Source: Pelomyxa schiedti (taxonomy: Eukaryota; Protista; Evosea). Taken from it: DNA of 64,000 nt. The translations under genes were made by a program, and so were the position numbers. The stretch's first letter is position 1, and each line of letters starts with the position of its first letter. Location: the NCBI GenBank assembly GCA_020536535.1, contig JAHLWZ010000806.1, positions 62,001-126,000 of the forward strand. The letters are read 5' to 3'. Under the pieces are notes generated by a model. That model was not told the DNA's origin. It searched no databases and saw only the letters and a list, made by a program, of their open reading frames with translations. This document shows, piece after piece, positions 40,421 through 53,227 of this stretch.

Positions 40421-41251
40421 CAATGCCCACCCCCCCAGACTCGCCTTGTTCTTGCCGAAACAACCGGCAGTGTTGTCCTCACCTCTATGGTTCTGGACGG
40501 TAGGTCGGGAACGTTCACCTTGGTTGGGAGCCTGATCTGTTAGCTGAACCACGGGTATTTTTTTTTCCTCTTTGAGGAGTGAGCACCGAACTGCGCAACC
40601 TGACGTGGCCTGTTATGACCGCAGATACATGTAGAGTCGTTAGCCCTCAAAACCGGCGGCACCGGATTTGCGACAGTCGAAGAGGGAAAAAAAAACCCTG
40701 CTTTCCGCCCCCCACCCATCAGCTGTACTCAGGAAGACCCTGCAGATTTGCAGGATGTCTTGAGGATTGTGGCCCGAGCCAAACTACACTGAGAGTTACC
40801 CAGCCTCCCAGATTCCAAGCGCCGCCTGATGACCCCCTTCGGCGAAAAAACCCCGAGACCGCGGAACGAACGCCAAACTGTGAGTCGTGACGTGGAGGGA
40901 TGTGTCCACCAACGTACGTAGTGTCGTTTGCGGCCAACGCTGCCAATGCCGGAATTGCGACAGCCCTCGTTCCGGCAAAGGAGGAAAAATAAAGGCATTC
41001 CTTTCGCCAATCCTGTGAATCTAATAGGACTGAGGTGGCCTCAACACTATTAGATTCACAGAACGTACAGCGTGTACGTTGTTTTTGGCCGAACATCATC
41101 AAATCATCCGTGACACTCCTGTGCCTCCTCCTTCCTGCGCTGCCGTGCCAGACATCCATCCAGATAGAGCTGCTGATCACCCTGCAGCTGATCCACACCG
41201 TGATGCTGCTGCTGCTCCACCACAGTCCCACATACAACCAGGACAGAGGCA

Positions 41252-42691
41252 ATGCAACCTCAAAAGGAGCCTATTGTGGCAGAGCTTGAAGCTCTTGGCT
41301 TCGTGGTGGAGCGCTGGGAAGAGATAAAATTCAGTGAGGAAGCCCCTGAGATGGGGGAGGGTGTGTACGGCAAGGTCCTGAGAGGTTTGTTGTCTTTATG
41401 ATGAGGGGAACCCAGTTATCTGAGGTATCAAGAATTCAACGAACCCAAACAACTTTTAATGGATGATTTATGTTTTTAGGCGTTGTGCAGGAAGTTGTAA
41501 TGTTGCAGCTTCTTGGTATGATGATGAAGAAACAAATTTTTCTTTCCCCATCAATAAACTCAGTGCACACAGGGGTTTGTGTTCATGGAGAGCAAAAGAT
41601 GTAATTCTGGAGTGGGTGAATACTGACCTTTGGCAATTCCTGCACTGCCCCAATAAAGCAGACAAGCTGCCAAGTTCACTTCTTGGTGTTTGGAACGGCT
41701 ATGGTTGGCCATGGTGATACAAGTTGAAGATTAGCTTGGGTCTGGTGCGTACTTTACTTAGTTGTTCTCAAATAACCTGACACCACCACCAACCAGGCCC
41801 GGGGTGTGAGGGTCCTATATGCGCACGGTATTGTTCATAGGTACTTAAAACCAAGCAATTGTTTGGTTGACAGAAGGTTTACTGGAAAGGTTACTGACAA
41901 TTAATAAACTATACTATCTTATATCTCCTCATAAAAAGATATGCGACCTTGGCACAGCTAGGTGCGCTCCATTTGCACTCACGGCACGAGATCTGCCTGG
42001 AACTTGTATGTTAAACAACTTGGCAAGTTCATTAGGCCCTCTAACGCATCCCACAGATCTATATTTGGGCCCGGAGGTAATGAAGCTCGGCGCTGAGGCA
42101 ACTACATTCAAGCTAGATATGCAAGTGCCACCTTCTTCAGTGTTTTGCACTCACTCCCCTGACAGTTATTCTCTCGGCTTGATACTATTTGAGTTAGTCA
42201 CAGAAAAGCAGCCCTTTGTGGAATATTTTCGTGGGGTCCAGGATGAGCGTGATCCGAAGTATAAGGCCGCGGTCGGTGCTTTGTACAAAGGCGTGATGAA
42301 GGGTGATCGACCCAAGGTACCAGAACGTTTTCCAATAGGACCGGACATTGGAGAACGTATTCCAGAGGCACTGGTATGTGACTGTGCGGTGCTTTTATTT
42401 ATATTATCTCTCTGTTACATTTTGGTTCTAACAATATCACAGAAAAGCCTAATAGAGAGTTGCTTGGAAGCCAATCCAGAGGGCTGTAAGGATCCCTGAG
42501 AAATAACTACTTAATTAATTAACGAATCGCAGAGACCTACGATTACGAGGGTCGTGCACGTTCTTGAAACTCTGTATGAGGAGTTCAAAGAAAATCTTGG
42601 GGATGCGGATGACGGCTACGATACTGATACCCATTCTGATGAGGAAGACATTCAGTACAAGGCTTGTGATGTATTGAGTGTCATGTTGTAA
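41252..42691 (+). pseudogene. Degenerate TKL-type protein kinase
   Basis: GEGVYGKV, HRYLKPSN (catalytic Asp replaced by Tyr), ICDLGTAR, YLGPE, YSLGLILFEL; in-frame TGA at 41715-41717; no recoverable VAxK. Confidence 0.8.
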
Positions 42692-43950
42692 AGGAATAGT
42701 AACCAACCAAAGCTAGCCCAACCAACCAAACGAAAAAAAAAACAATTTTGTCATTTGTGGATCATTCTCACTCTTTTTTTTGTTTTCCGGGGGTGTCAAG
42801 AAACAAGGACTCAACTTGTGTTAAGTATTACAGTCAACATAAATCTACTCGTTACCTGGCTGTATGGTGAGTTGGAATGAAGGTGGGAGAATTCTGTGTT
42901 TTTTAAATTACCCTGCGATCATTTTTGGAGGAGCTGAAACATCTTGTCAAAGCCACAAATGATGCTGGAGACCCGGAAACAGAATAACAGAATTCTAAAT
43001 TATTTCAAGGGGCCTTTGCAAAAAGTTGTTGGTTTTCTTTCTTGCAGCAAGAAAATTGGAATGCATACAAAAAGGAGTTGAAACCACGAACCTGGTATTC
43101 CCTGACGAAAAGGTGGCTCGTGCAAGTCCATAGCTCCAATTAATAGAGTCCAAGAACCACAAGTAAAAGTAGGTAGACGAGGGGGACAACATGGTCTCCA
43201 TGTCCTCCTGATAGTGCTTCTTGTGGTGGAGGAGTATATTACTTGTTGTGGTGATGAGGGAACCTGATTTCAGACAGAACAGTGAATACCGCGAGAGGGA
43301 TGAATAATTTTCCAAACCTTAAAGGTAACCCCCAACCAACCAAGTGCAAAATTGTGGGTTGCATGTCAATCAATGAAGGAACTCAAACCAGTTGGGCCTG
43401 ATACTCAGCAGTCCCAATTTTGATCATCAACTACGGGGAGAAATCACCTTCACCCCATCCAGGGCACGTCCCATAATCCATCCCTGTCACCACCACAACT
43501 GCACCTACAATGTTCTGGGTCTGTACAAAAAAAAATATTTTGATCACTCCTTCGAGGAAGCAGAAATGAGTGGGAAAGGTTTGTTGTGTGGTATTCAGTT
43601 TGTGGTGTGAGGTTGTGTGAGAGGGGTCAGGGTTGATACATATGTTTTCTGGACGACTCGGGGCATTGTTTGTTGTTGTTGCTGTTTTGTGGGGCTGCTG
43701 GGGAGGAGGGAATTGTGGGAGTGCGCTGTGTTTGTTTCTTCTGCTGCGTCGCGGACAGATTGGCGAGATCAATGTCCCAGTACAGTACACCTAGATCGAA
43801 TGGCGACGAGGTCGTGCTGTTGTTATCTCGCAAAACCATACACGAAAGTAAATATTTAATACAAATCATTTATTTACTCAGCCCTAATTGCGGAGTAATG
43901 TAGGATGTCCACAGCCACAAACTATTGTGGGAGGACAAAACCAATGACTT

Positions 43951-45219
43951 TTAGTCCAACACTGTACACTGGGTGATGGAAAATGTGGTTGAAGTGGGTC
44001 TCAAGAAGGTCATGTCTAGAGTCAGCACAATACGACCTGACATTGCAGTGAGGAGCAGGATCTTCCTCTCAGTCACTTGAACACCGCACAGAAGCCCACT
44101 CGGACAACCAACAACTTGATCAAAGCATTCGTCAATGTCCTCCCTGTGGGTACTATCCAGTGGTGCTGTCAGATTGTTGCAGTCCCACAGCTTGTATGAC
44201 CCTTCACTATCAGAACCTGTGCAGAACACACTTTCACTGACCTGTGACAGCTGTGAACAGATCCCAAGCAGTGTTACACACCCAGTAATGGAATCAACAG
44301 CAAATGCCACACAATCGCATTGATAATTCCCAGCCGGCCTCAGAATGAATACAATAGCCCCGCTGTTCCCCTTCCTCAATATCAGTGCCACGTCACATGT
44401 GAAGGCGCTGCCGCAGCTGTGGTGATAAGGGAGCCAATTTGAGATAGTTGAGCTCACCAATGAAGCACATTTGGACCGGTAAGTCTTCTCAACATCAAGC
44501 AAAGTGAACTCGACGCTGCTGTTGTCTCCTCGCATAATAACCAGAACCTGATCAGGAACCAACTGATTGAAAAACAGCCCACAGCAAACCGCGCCAATCT
44601 TGAGAGTCCCTTCCACAGTAACAGCCACAGGGGGCTCGAGTTTCCCATCGGACTTTGTCCCATGCCGGATGTCCCTGATTGTCAGATTGTAATGGCACCC
44701 TGTGCCAAAAGTCTGGCACGCGACGAGCCACTTTGCGTTGACGGCCGTGTTCCTGGACATTTTCCAACGGGCAACGGCAGAACCCTCGGCGGCTGTCGTC
44801 CCATAATCCCTCCTCACGAGCGTGAAAGACCCGCCAGTCATGGTGTACTTGCTTTCCAGCCACAGGCGCGGCGCCAGCCACGTCCTCACGCCGTTCTCGT
44901 CGGCCTCGGGGCCGCCGACCACGCCCAGCGTCGCGCGGGACACGCGCACCAGCACCCTCCACGAGTCCCACGGCCGGTTGTCGGGCTCCACGACCAGCGC
45001 GAGCGTGGCCGCGGGCGACAGCACCCACCGGCGCCACAGGCGGCGCATCAGGGCGGGCGCGGAGCCCGCGGCTCTGGCCGGGCTGCGGGCGCCGCAGCGC
45101 GGGTGCGACGAGGCCAGCAGGGCGGCGAACTGGCGCGCGGCCGCGAGTGTGGGCGCTGGCGCGGGCGTGGCCGTGGCGGACGTGGGCGACGGAGGGTGCG
45201 TGGTGCCGCCAGCGTGCAT
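43951..45219 (-). CDS. Intronless lineage-specific hypothetical protein (expanded 'ARQFAALLASSHPRCG..SPA' family)
   Basis: 422-aa uninterrupted ORF with a very GC-rich 5' third; the N-terminal motif is recalled from an expanded Pelomyxa hypothetical family (not verified). Confidence 0.7.
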   Translation of the reverse strand: MHAGGTTHPPSPTSATATPAPAPTLAAARQFAALLASSHPRCGARSPARAAGSAPALMRRLWRRWVLSPAATLALVVEPDNRPWDSWRVLVRVSRATLGVVGGPEADENGVRTWLAPRLWLESKYTMTGGSFTLVRRDYGTTAAEGSAVARWKMSRNTAVNAKWLVACQTFGTGCHYNLTIRDIRHGTKSDGKLEPPVAVTVEGTLKIGAVCCGLFFNQLVPDQVLVIMRGDNSSVEFTLLDVEKTYRSKCASLVSSTISNWLPYHHSCGSAFTCDVALILRKGNSGAIVFILRPAGNYQCDCVAFAVDSITGCVTLLGICSQLSQVSESVFCTGSDSEGSYKLWDCNNLTAPLDSTHREDIDECFDQVVGCPSGLLCGVQVTERKILLLTAMSGRIVLTLDMTFLRPTSTTFSITQCTVLD

Positions 45220-45341
45220 CGCACCGGTGTACTTGAATGTGTGGCACTCGTTCCTTGTGCCGGTCAGGTGGTTTTAAGGGCGTTAGACGTTTCGTTTGCT
45301 CCCTTTTAAAAAAGGATATCCCAGAAAAATCTCCAATACTG

Positions 45342-45634
45342 GGACCAAATGGCTGAATAGAATAATCAACGGACCGGAACGCTGTCATTTTCGTTATCGT
45401 AGACAGGATCGGCGGTCTGGAATTTTATTTTATTCAGCCAAATATCAAACAAACACCCAGAGAAATTTGTGATCTCACTCCAAATGCTGGGAGAGTGAGA
45501 CAGGTAGCTGGGATCGACACACAACATTCATCATTTGGCTGAACAAAAAAAACTCCATTCCGCCGATCCTGAGCGATGACAACGAAAATGAGAGCGTTCC
45601 GGTCTGTTGATTATTTTATTCAGCCATTTGGGCC
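45342..45634. mobile_element. Foldback / MITE-like element with ~102-bp terminal inverted repeats
   Basis: 45342-45443 matches the reverse complement of 45533-45634 at roughly 85%; the ORF track shows mirror peptides AFRSVDY.IQPFGP on both strands. Confidence 0.75.
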
Positions 45635-45681
45635 ACTATCTCCTGCGCTAGTAAAACTTTACCATAAGCAAAAGTTGGTTT

Positions 45682-48600
45682 TTACAAGTTGGAAGTGTCT
45701 GTTTTTGGTTCTGCATTTTCCGGGTTTGGTGGTGCTTCAGTGGTTGTTGGATTTGTTGGTTCCGTTGTTGTTGGGTTTGGTTCAGTGGCCGTTGAATTTG
45801 TTTGTTCCGTTGTTGTTGGGTTTGTTGGTTCTGTTGTTGCCGGGTCTGCGGTTATCGTTGGTGTTGTTTCAGGTGTTGCTGTGGAACTGGGAGGGATTTG
45901 AGTTGTAACGCCCCTTTTGCTTAAATGGTCTAGGAGTTCATTGACCCTGGCTTCTAGTACTTCGTTGGATTTCCTCTCGCGGCGGTAGTCTTGGTTCAGG
46001 AGGTCATTTTTGAGTTCAAGTTCCCTGAGCCGGGTCTGTAGGGCCTCGTGCTTCTCCTTGTTTTGCTCCAGTTGAGTTTGAAGCTGGTTTGACAGCTCTT
46101 GTTCGCTCTTAAGCCGAGATTCTGCCTGTGTTAAAGACGACTGTGTGAGGGTTTGTGCCGTTTTGGTCTCTGTGAGTTGTCGTTCCAAGGCTCGGAGCTC
46201 AGCACCGTGGGCTGATTGTTCTTGGGCTACAGTTTCTATTTTGTGCAGTGCCTTTTCGGCCTCGGCTTGCATTGCGACTAGTGACCTTTCACCTTCTTCC
46301 CTCTTGGACTTCTCTATTGACAGGTTCAGCTTCATTTCCGCTAATTGCCGGGTGCACGATTCCAACTCCAAAGCAGTTTGGTCGAGGTTATGGATTTGCT
46401 TCTTCAGTTCGTCGCGTTCTGCTTCTAGGAATGACTTGTCTCTGACCAAAGAAGTTCGCTCTGTTTCACCTTGCTCCAACGAGGCCTGAATTTCTGTTAA
46501 GGAGGTTTGCATTACGCCTCTTTCTCCTTCAACTCTAGCCCTGGCTCTCTTCTCCTGCTGAAGTTGCTCAGTAAGTTCCCTTACTGATTGCTCCGCCGCT
46601 TGGCGTGCCTTGGACTCGGCGTCTACTTTTCCATACAACTGGGTCACTTCTTCAGCCAGTTTTCCTTCTCTGGCTGAGGTTCCATTGTTGTTGGAAACTG
46701 CAACCGAACTTTGGCTCAACTCGTTTACAACTCGTCTAAACCTATAACTTCTTTCTGCCAATGGCGGTGATACTGCCGCTGGTGGTACGGTCTGTTGCTC
46801 TTCTTCTTTCCGCTTCATTTTATTCAACTCCTGCTTTACGCTGTGTAACTCATTTTCAGTAGTTTCGTGAAGTTTTTGAAGCTCCTGCAGCTCACGTTCT
46901 ACTTTGGAACGAGCATTATCTGCCCGTTGCCTTCCGTCAGATTCCCCTTGAACTTTCTTTCTAAGGTCCTTCAGATCGGCCTGTGTTTCCGCCAAAGACT
47001 CCTGTAAATGGGAAATACTGTCTTCAGCAGAGCTATATTTTAGACGCATCTCATTGAGAGAGGCTTCAGAGGCTCGCATGTCATTCACCAGCTTTTCTCG
47101 TGCAAGCTGAACATCCTTCAGTGTTACCTTAGAATTTTCGAGCTGCATCTTAATTGTTTTTAGTGTGCTCTCGGTTTCGGAGTGAGCCCTGCGCTCATCA
47201 TCAAGTTGTGAGAGGGCAGATGAAAGCTGGGATTGTATTCGTCTCTGTGAATAGTCAGGTACTGTTCCAGTTGAACTAAGGCTGGATGCAGAGGAAGACC
47301 TGAGACCAGTGCCATTGGCACTGGTTCCCAAAGTAGATAAACTCTTTTTAGTGTCTCGCAGTTCACTCTCCAGAGATTCACACCTGTCTTTCACGTTTGC
47401 AAGTTGTTCCTCGAGGTTTCTCTTCTCTGCTTCACAATTTTCCAGCTTGTGGGAATAATTTGTGGTTTCTTCTTTTAAGGCTGCCAGTTCTGTAGAGAGT
47501 GTTGAACAAGTTGTTTCAGTCTTTCTTTGCGCTTCCTGAGAGAGTCTGAGATCAGTTTGCAGGTAGTGTACTTCCGCGCTGCGTGATGCTACTTCTCGAT
47601 TGGCAGTAGCCACGCTCTGAACTTCATCACATTGATATTTCATAACAGAATGCTCTAGATCTGCAGCTTTTGTTTCTAGCTCTTGTGCTTTTTCACGAGA
47701 CTGCTGTAAAGCACCTTCGAGCTCAGAAATGCGCTCACGCATAAGACCATTTTCGGATTCGGCCTTCTTTCTTGCCAAAGCTTCACTGAGGGCAGAATTT
47801 TCCCCTTTTTTTGCAACATCACATTCCGCCTTGAGGCGCTCAACTTCATCTCCCCACTGGGACTTGAGATCATCATATTTTGCTCGTAAAGCTTTGTATT
47901 CACTTTCAAGGGTTTGCCTTGCTTCTGATGCAGTCTCTGATCGTTTTGTTGACATTTTTACTTCGATTTCCAGTGTTGATATGTCTCTTTTCAGTTCAGC
48001 ATTCATTAAACCTAATTTTGCAACTGCATCTCTTTGAACTTCCACTTCTTTTTTGGCTTCTTCACAGTTCCTTGTGAGCCAAGCAGTCTGTTCTTGAAGT
48101 CTTTCTTTGGCTGCTATTTCAGAAGACAGTTTAGACTTCATTTCAGCTAGATCTTTTTTTATGGTATCCTTTTCTGTAATGGTTCGAGATAACTCTGCTT
48201 GCTTTGAAGTCAGATCTGCTTTAGCGGTTTCAAGATCTGATTCAGTGGTACGCCTTCGGCGTTCTGCTGTCATGTGTGTACGTCTCTGTTCGTCAAATTC
48301 TGTCGTTCTGGTGACCAGTTCTTTCTCAGATGAGGCCAGCTTTCTTTCCAGCGTGGAATTTGCACGTTGCAACTGTTCTATTTGTTCCTTGTGCACAGAT
48401 ATAGAATTTTCACGTTGTTTGATAGTTTGTTCCGCCGTCTGAAGAAAATGTTATCACCCTTAACAAGGGATGGAAAGTGTACAGTTTTACTATCAGTGAG
48501 GTTTTTTATCGTTGTCTTATAAGAATCCATTTCTGCTTGCAGCTTCTTCAAAGCCTGAAGTGCTTGATTCTTCTCTCTTTCCGAGGCATCGAGCTTTCTT

Positions 48601-51600
48601 GTTAGGACTGCTGGGTTTTCAGAGAACGTGTCATTGTCATAAGTTCTTCTCCTCCGCACTCCATAGTCAAATGAGGAAGAATCTCGTTCAGCTGTCAGTC
48701 TCACACTTTCTTTTTGGCGTTCTTCTTCTCGCAACTTTTCAGCTTGGCGTTCCCTCTCCCTTTCTACTTCCATTTGTTTTTCTTTTTCCCTCTCAGCTTC
48801 TTTTTGTTCATTGTGCAAGTGTTCCTTCGCTAATTCTTTCAACATTTCTTCCTTCTCAAGTTCGAAGATATGCTTTTCTTTTTGCCACTCCGCTTCTTGG
48901 ACTTGGTATCGGGATATTTCCAGGAGTCTTTCTCTTTCTTTCTCTCCCATTTCTTTTAGTTGTGCTTGCATATCTTGAATTTGAACTTCAGCATCCTCAA
49001 GAGTTGTACGACCAAATGCTGGTTCTTTTAAGCTTGGTTCCACCGTGCTTGCATCAGGGAGTGCTGGTCTGATCAAATTACGCTTGCACAGTAATGCCCA
49101 TGCCACTAGGAAAGATTTGAACACGTTTTCTACAGTTTATTGTGGGAACCTGCTTGAAGTGGTGACACCAGTTCCATGAGTTTAGATTTGCATTTTTCTT
49201 CAAGTAAAGTCCAGGCAAAAGCTTTCAGGAAGATAGAACGGTGTCCTAATTTATAACCACCAGTAGGAATAGAATTTTGTGAGAGAAGTGAAGCAGCTGC
49301 ACGTTTGGGTTCGCTGGTTGCCTCTACACAGAGAAGACCGTACCTACGTGGTTTTGTCACTGTAACTGTGCCCGAGAAAGAAGAAAACCTTTTAAGCAAA
49401 TCATTGTAGGAGAACTTGAAGGGAAAGCCCTTGGCAGAGACCTTCACTTCTTCAATAATTCCATGTGACTTCAACCGAGAAAGAACGTAATGCTCACTAG
49501 TGAAAATACTATGTTAGAGGGAAACGTAAATAGGTGTGGGCTACTTGAAAGTCTCAGTGTTTACATTGCTGCATTTGATGCAATGAATGAAATGGGGGTT
49601 CGATTGAGAGAGGCGGGTAACTAAGGACTGAAGTTGTTGGGCAAGTTGGAACCCAATACCAGGGCAAGGCTGAATTGTTCCCAGGTTATCTGCGGTCAAA
49701 AGAGTGCACAGCAATGAATTAGTGCTTTCATGCAGGCACTGCACCAAGTTTGTGTGAAGAGTAGGGGGTCCAAGTTGTACTGGACAGTTTTGCGCCACCC
49801 AGCCACAGACATTATAACAAACTCTTCCAAAGGGATGCCAGAGATAAAATCCTTGATTTGGTGCCTCACGGCCCTTCTATTTTCTTTTTAAAAAAACCTG
49901 TGGAAGAAATGCCAAACCTCAGAGTTTAGAGGTTCCCTTGTATAATTCTTCTGTAGCTCATGGAGAACAGTTTCCGTACATTCCAGTTCAGCAGAGGAAT
50001 TCGCACAAATAGTGCACTGTGCAGAATTATCGGCTCCAGGATGGTTTTCCAGTACACTAAATATGCCTCGCGGGGGTTGATGGGTGGCATCATAAACAAG
50101 GTCCAGCGAACTTTCACTCTTCACAGCGTTGTGGGTCCAGTCTAGACCCTCTCGTTTATACTATTGGACCCAACTTTAATACAGAGGGTAACCGCATCAG
50201 GAAAGAACCTCCTCTGGCAAATCTTGGAAGGAAAACTTGTTGAAAAACTGCTGAATGACATCATTTGAATAATTAAAGAGCCTGACATGGGTATTATTAT
50301 CTGTGGTAGGTGTATTTCAATTACTTACAACTGATCGAAGCCATTGTGGTCCAAATTTTGAAAGCCACTCATATCCACAATGTTGATGGAATGGGCATGG
50401 ACCCGGTTGCTACAAATAGTAGAGTTGATCTTTTTGACTACCTTTTTCCCCACCCAACACGTGAGAAGAGTACAATCCATCCAGCCAGTAACATACCCAC
50501 AAAAGCAAGGCATTGTAGAGCAACTTAACGAGAGACTTAAGTTCTTGAAATGAATATGGAGCAGAAAGGGGGTGCTGTGATTCAATTTCTCTGGTCGGCT
50601 GTGTTGGTGGGGTGGAGGATGTTTGAATAGAAGAGATATGTGGTGATGTTAATGCTTTTTGCAAGCTGCTGCAATCAATACCAAGCAATGAAGCGGCAAC
50701 ACTCAGGTCACCCAACTTGGTAAATTCACCTTCCACGTTTAACATCTTCACGTTACCCAAATGAAGCAATCCAGCTAACACGCACCAAATGCCCAATTGT
50801 TCATCCTCAGAAAAACCAAGGACTGCAAGAGAATTCTAGGTTCGTTGGTGTGGACCGTATTAATGAAGAATACCTGTGTTCTTTCGAATCCAATAGCATC
50901 GTCCTTTGCCTGAATACCAACATTTCCCTGATTCAATAAAAGAAAGCGATCTGCTGTATCCAAATGTAATTTACCTGTTGTTGTTTAAGTTGCCTCTAGT
51001 TCATAAATGATGAGGTACTTGAAAGATCGGCATTTGCACCAGAGAGGAGCTGGTAAAAAATGTGGAAATTTCTTTCCCCGGGATGTTGTGAAACACATCT
51101 AGTTATTTCAAGAGAGACTGACAAAACAAATTAGGCGCCAGGAAAAGAAGAAAAGACAGAGGTCACACATGTTTCTATTTTGGCTCCGATAATCTCACCA
51201 GAGTAACTGTACTGGAATTCAAGAAGCTTCCCCTAAAAAGTACTTGAGCACCAAAGAGAAATCCGCCAAAAGACATTGAACTGGGGCAGCTACATACAAA
51301 GCGTGAGGAGTCAGAATTCAAAGTGGTAACTGCATTTCCAAATGCTTTGAGTACTTCATTACAGTGGTGTATTTTGGTGTGAAGGCTCGATGGGACAGAG
51401 GGAGTGGGCTGTGGTGCAAGGGCAGATGCGTGAACAAGATAATCTGTTAGCTTCTCAGCACTACGGGATTTCCCAGACCCAGATTCCCCCCTGAAGAATT
51501 CTTATTTAGGAACCAAAAAAGAATGAAATACAATAATAAAATTGACTGATTGCGGCTTTGTAGAAGCATTGAGGTGTATGCAGCATCCGCCACAGCATAA

Positions 51601-52248
51601 ATGTGAGGTGGGGCAGTGCGACTTCTCAGGTGGAATGCTTCAAATGAAGTGTGCACTTCATTGGGTGTTTCTGTACAATGCATATATATCAGAGAAGACC
51701 GCCCTGAATATGTCTTGGAAGGTTGACTCGAACATCAGTATACTGTCAAACGTAGCGCAACATACATATGGATGATTTTCCTTTAGCCTAGAATATAGGC
51801 AATGCAAAATGCTTGGCTCGTTGACGTGTGGCAGGCATGCAATATGTTCAACCCTATCGAATTCTGCAGGGTTTCTTGCAAATACGTTGGCTTTGGGAAA
51901 GATGACTTCCTATAACTTTAAGAATAACGATTGATTTTGTAATTCTCTAATTTAATGCACAGACCTGTTCCCCATCGGTGGTCACAGTAACTTCCTCAAA
52001 GGCCTCGCTTTTCACAGTGCATGGAATATATCGATTATCTACCAGGCACCAAGCCAGTCTTGCCTTCAATTATATAGTGACTCAGTATTCAAACCAAAAT
52101 AAACCAAAAACAAACTGGGGGATGGGGGGAAAAAAAACCAATTGTGTTTTTCAGTACAACAGCACACACAAAACACGAAAGCGACGGGGAAAAAAAAGAA
52201 AAACGATGGAAAAAGTTAGTTGGTCGCCACCTCTGCGTGTTGGGACAT
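45682..52248 (-). CDS. Myosin heavy chain, class II-like, divergent motor and >1000-aa coiled-coil tail
   Basis: SH3-like N-terminus, NEPSIL, PPHIYAVAD, GESGSGKS, AFGNA...NSDSSRFGK, ERNFHIFYQL, DMSGFQ, PHFIHCIK, long heptad tail. Confidence 0.9.
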
Positions 52249-52554
52249 GTTTTTTTTTCTTTTCTTTTTTTGTTCTTCCTGAAGATATCACACCACCGGC
52301 TTAGCCGTATGAACGGGAAAATGGACAAAAAAAGAAGGAACGTCTAAGAGAATCTGCTTCCGCGATCCAAGATTGATTCCATCAAGTATGATTCACACGA
52401 GGCAATGGCTTTGTGTTGTGAGATCATTCTCACACTGTTCTCTCAGAAAAAGCTAAGGGGTTGCTTGTGGGGGATAACTAACTTGTCAAGCAATCAGAAC
52501 AATTGTTGATACAAAAAATGAGAAAAAAGGTATTTCTCTGTTATATTCTCTCTT

Positions 52555-53227
52555 TTACTTCTTCTTCTTGGGTCCATCGTCATCTCCTCCTTTTTTAACC
52601 TTTGGCTTGGTTCCCCACTGTTTCTTGGCCCTATTCTTGCGCTCCTTGCGCTGTTTGCGGGCAACTTTGGCCTTCTTTGGCTTCTTGGCTCCATTCTTTA
52701 ACATAATTAAGCTAAGGGAAAATCATGGAGAAGCTTACTCGGCGGAGTCTGTATGGTGCCTCGAATTTCTTGGCTGCGGAGTATGTGTCGTAAATAATTC
52801 CGAATCCAGTGGTCTTACCGCCACCAAAGTGAGTCTTGAACCCACCAACAAAGATTGTCTTGGTTGTCTGGTGGAATTGTGGTAAATTGTGTGGTCCATT
52901 TAGAGCAAATATAAATAATCCTTTACTGAGTTCGGAAAAAGTACGCACTGGAACGTTGTACATTTTGCGGAGCATCTTCTTTATTTCAACTTTGGGTACG
53001 TTGGCCTTACCGGGGTGAACGACGTCGATAAGCTTTATTTAAAACACAAAGAGGAGAGAAAGGTCCGTTAGAGGGTATAAACGGAAAAGAACAGTAATTA
53101 AAAGGCGGCGAAAGTGGGAGTTGGGACTAACGAATTGTCTTCTTTGCAAGAGTCTGTTAAGCATAAACTTTCGGGTCCTGATGGTGGCAGTACCCATACC
53201 CGTTGTGGCCGGGGCCTCAGTGCTCAT
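52555..53227 (-). CDS. RPS24: 40S ribosomal protein S24 (eS24), 4 exons
   Basis: [18 protein letters not shown]|LIDVVHPG...[15 protein letters not shown]...[13 protein letters not shown]. Confidence 0.97.

Noticed and set aside
45700-45880. TTEPTNP-type repeats at the myosin C-terminus; poly-N/T/A/Q tracts in MOK and others
   Set aside because: Ordinary coding low-complexity sequence common in amoebozoans.
45576-45908. 110-aa plus-strand ORF starting in the foldback element
   Set aside because: Mirror of the inverted repeat plus the antisense of the myosin tail repeats.
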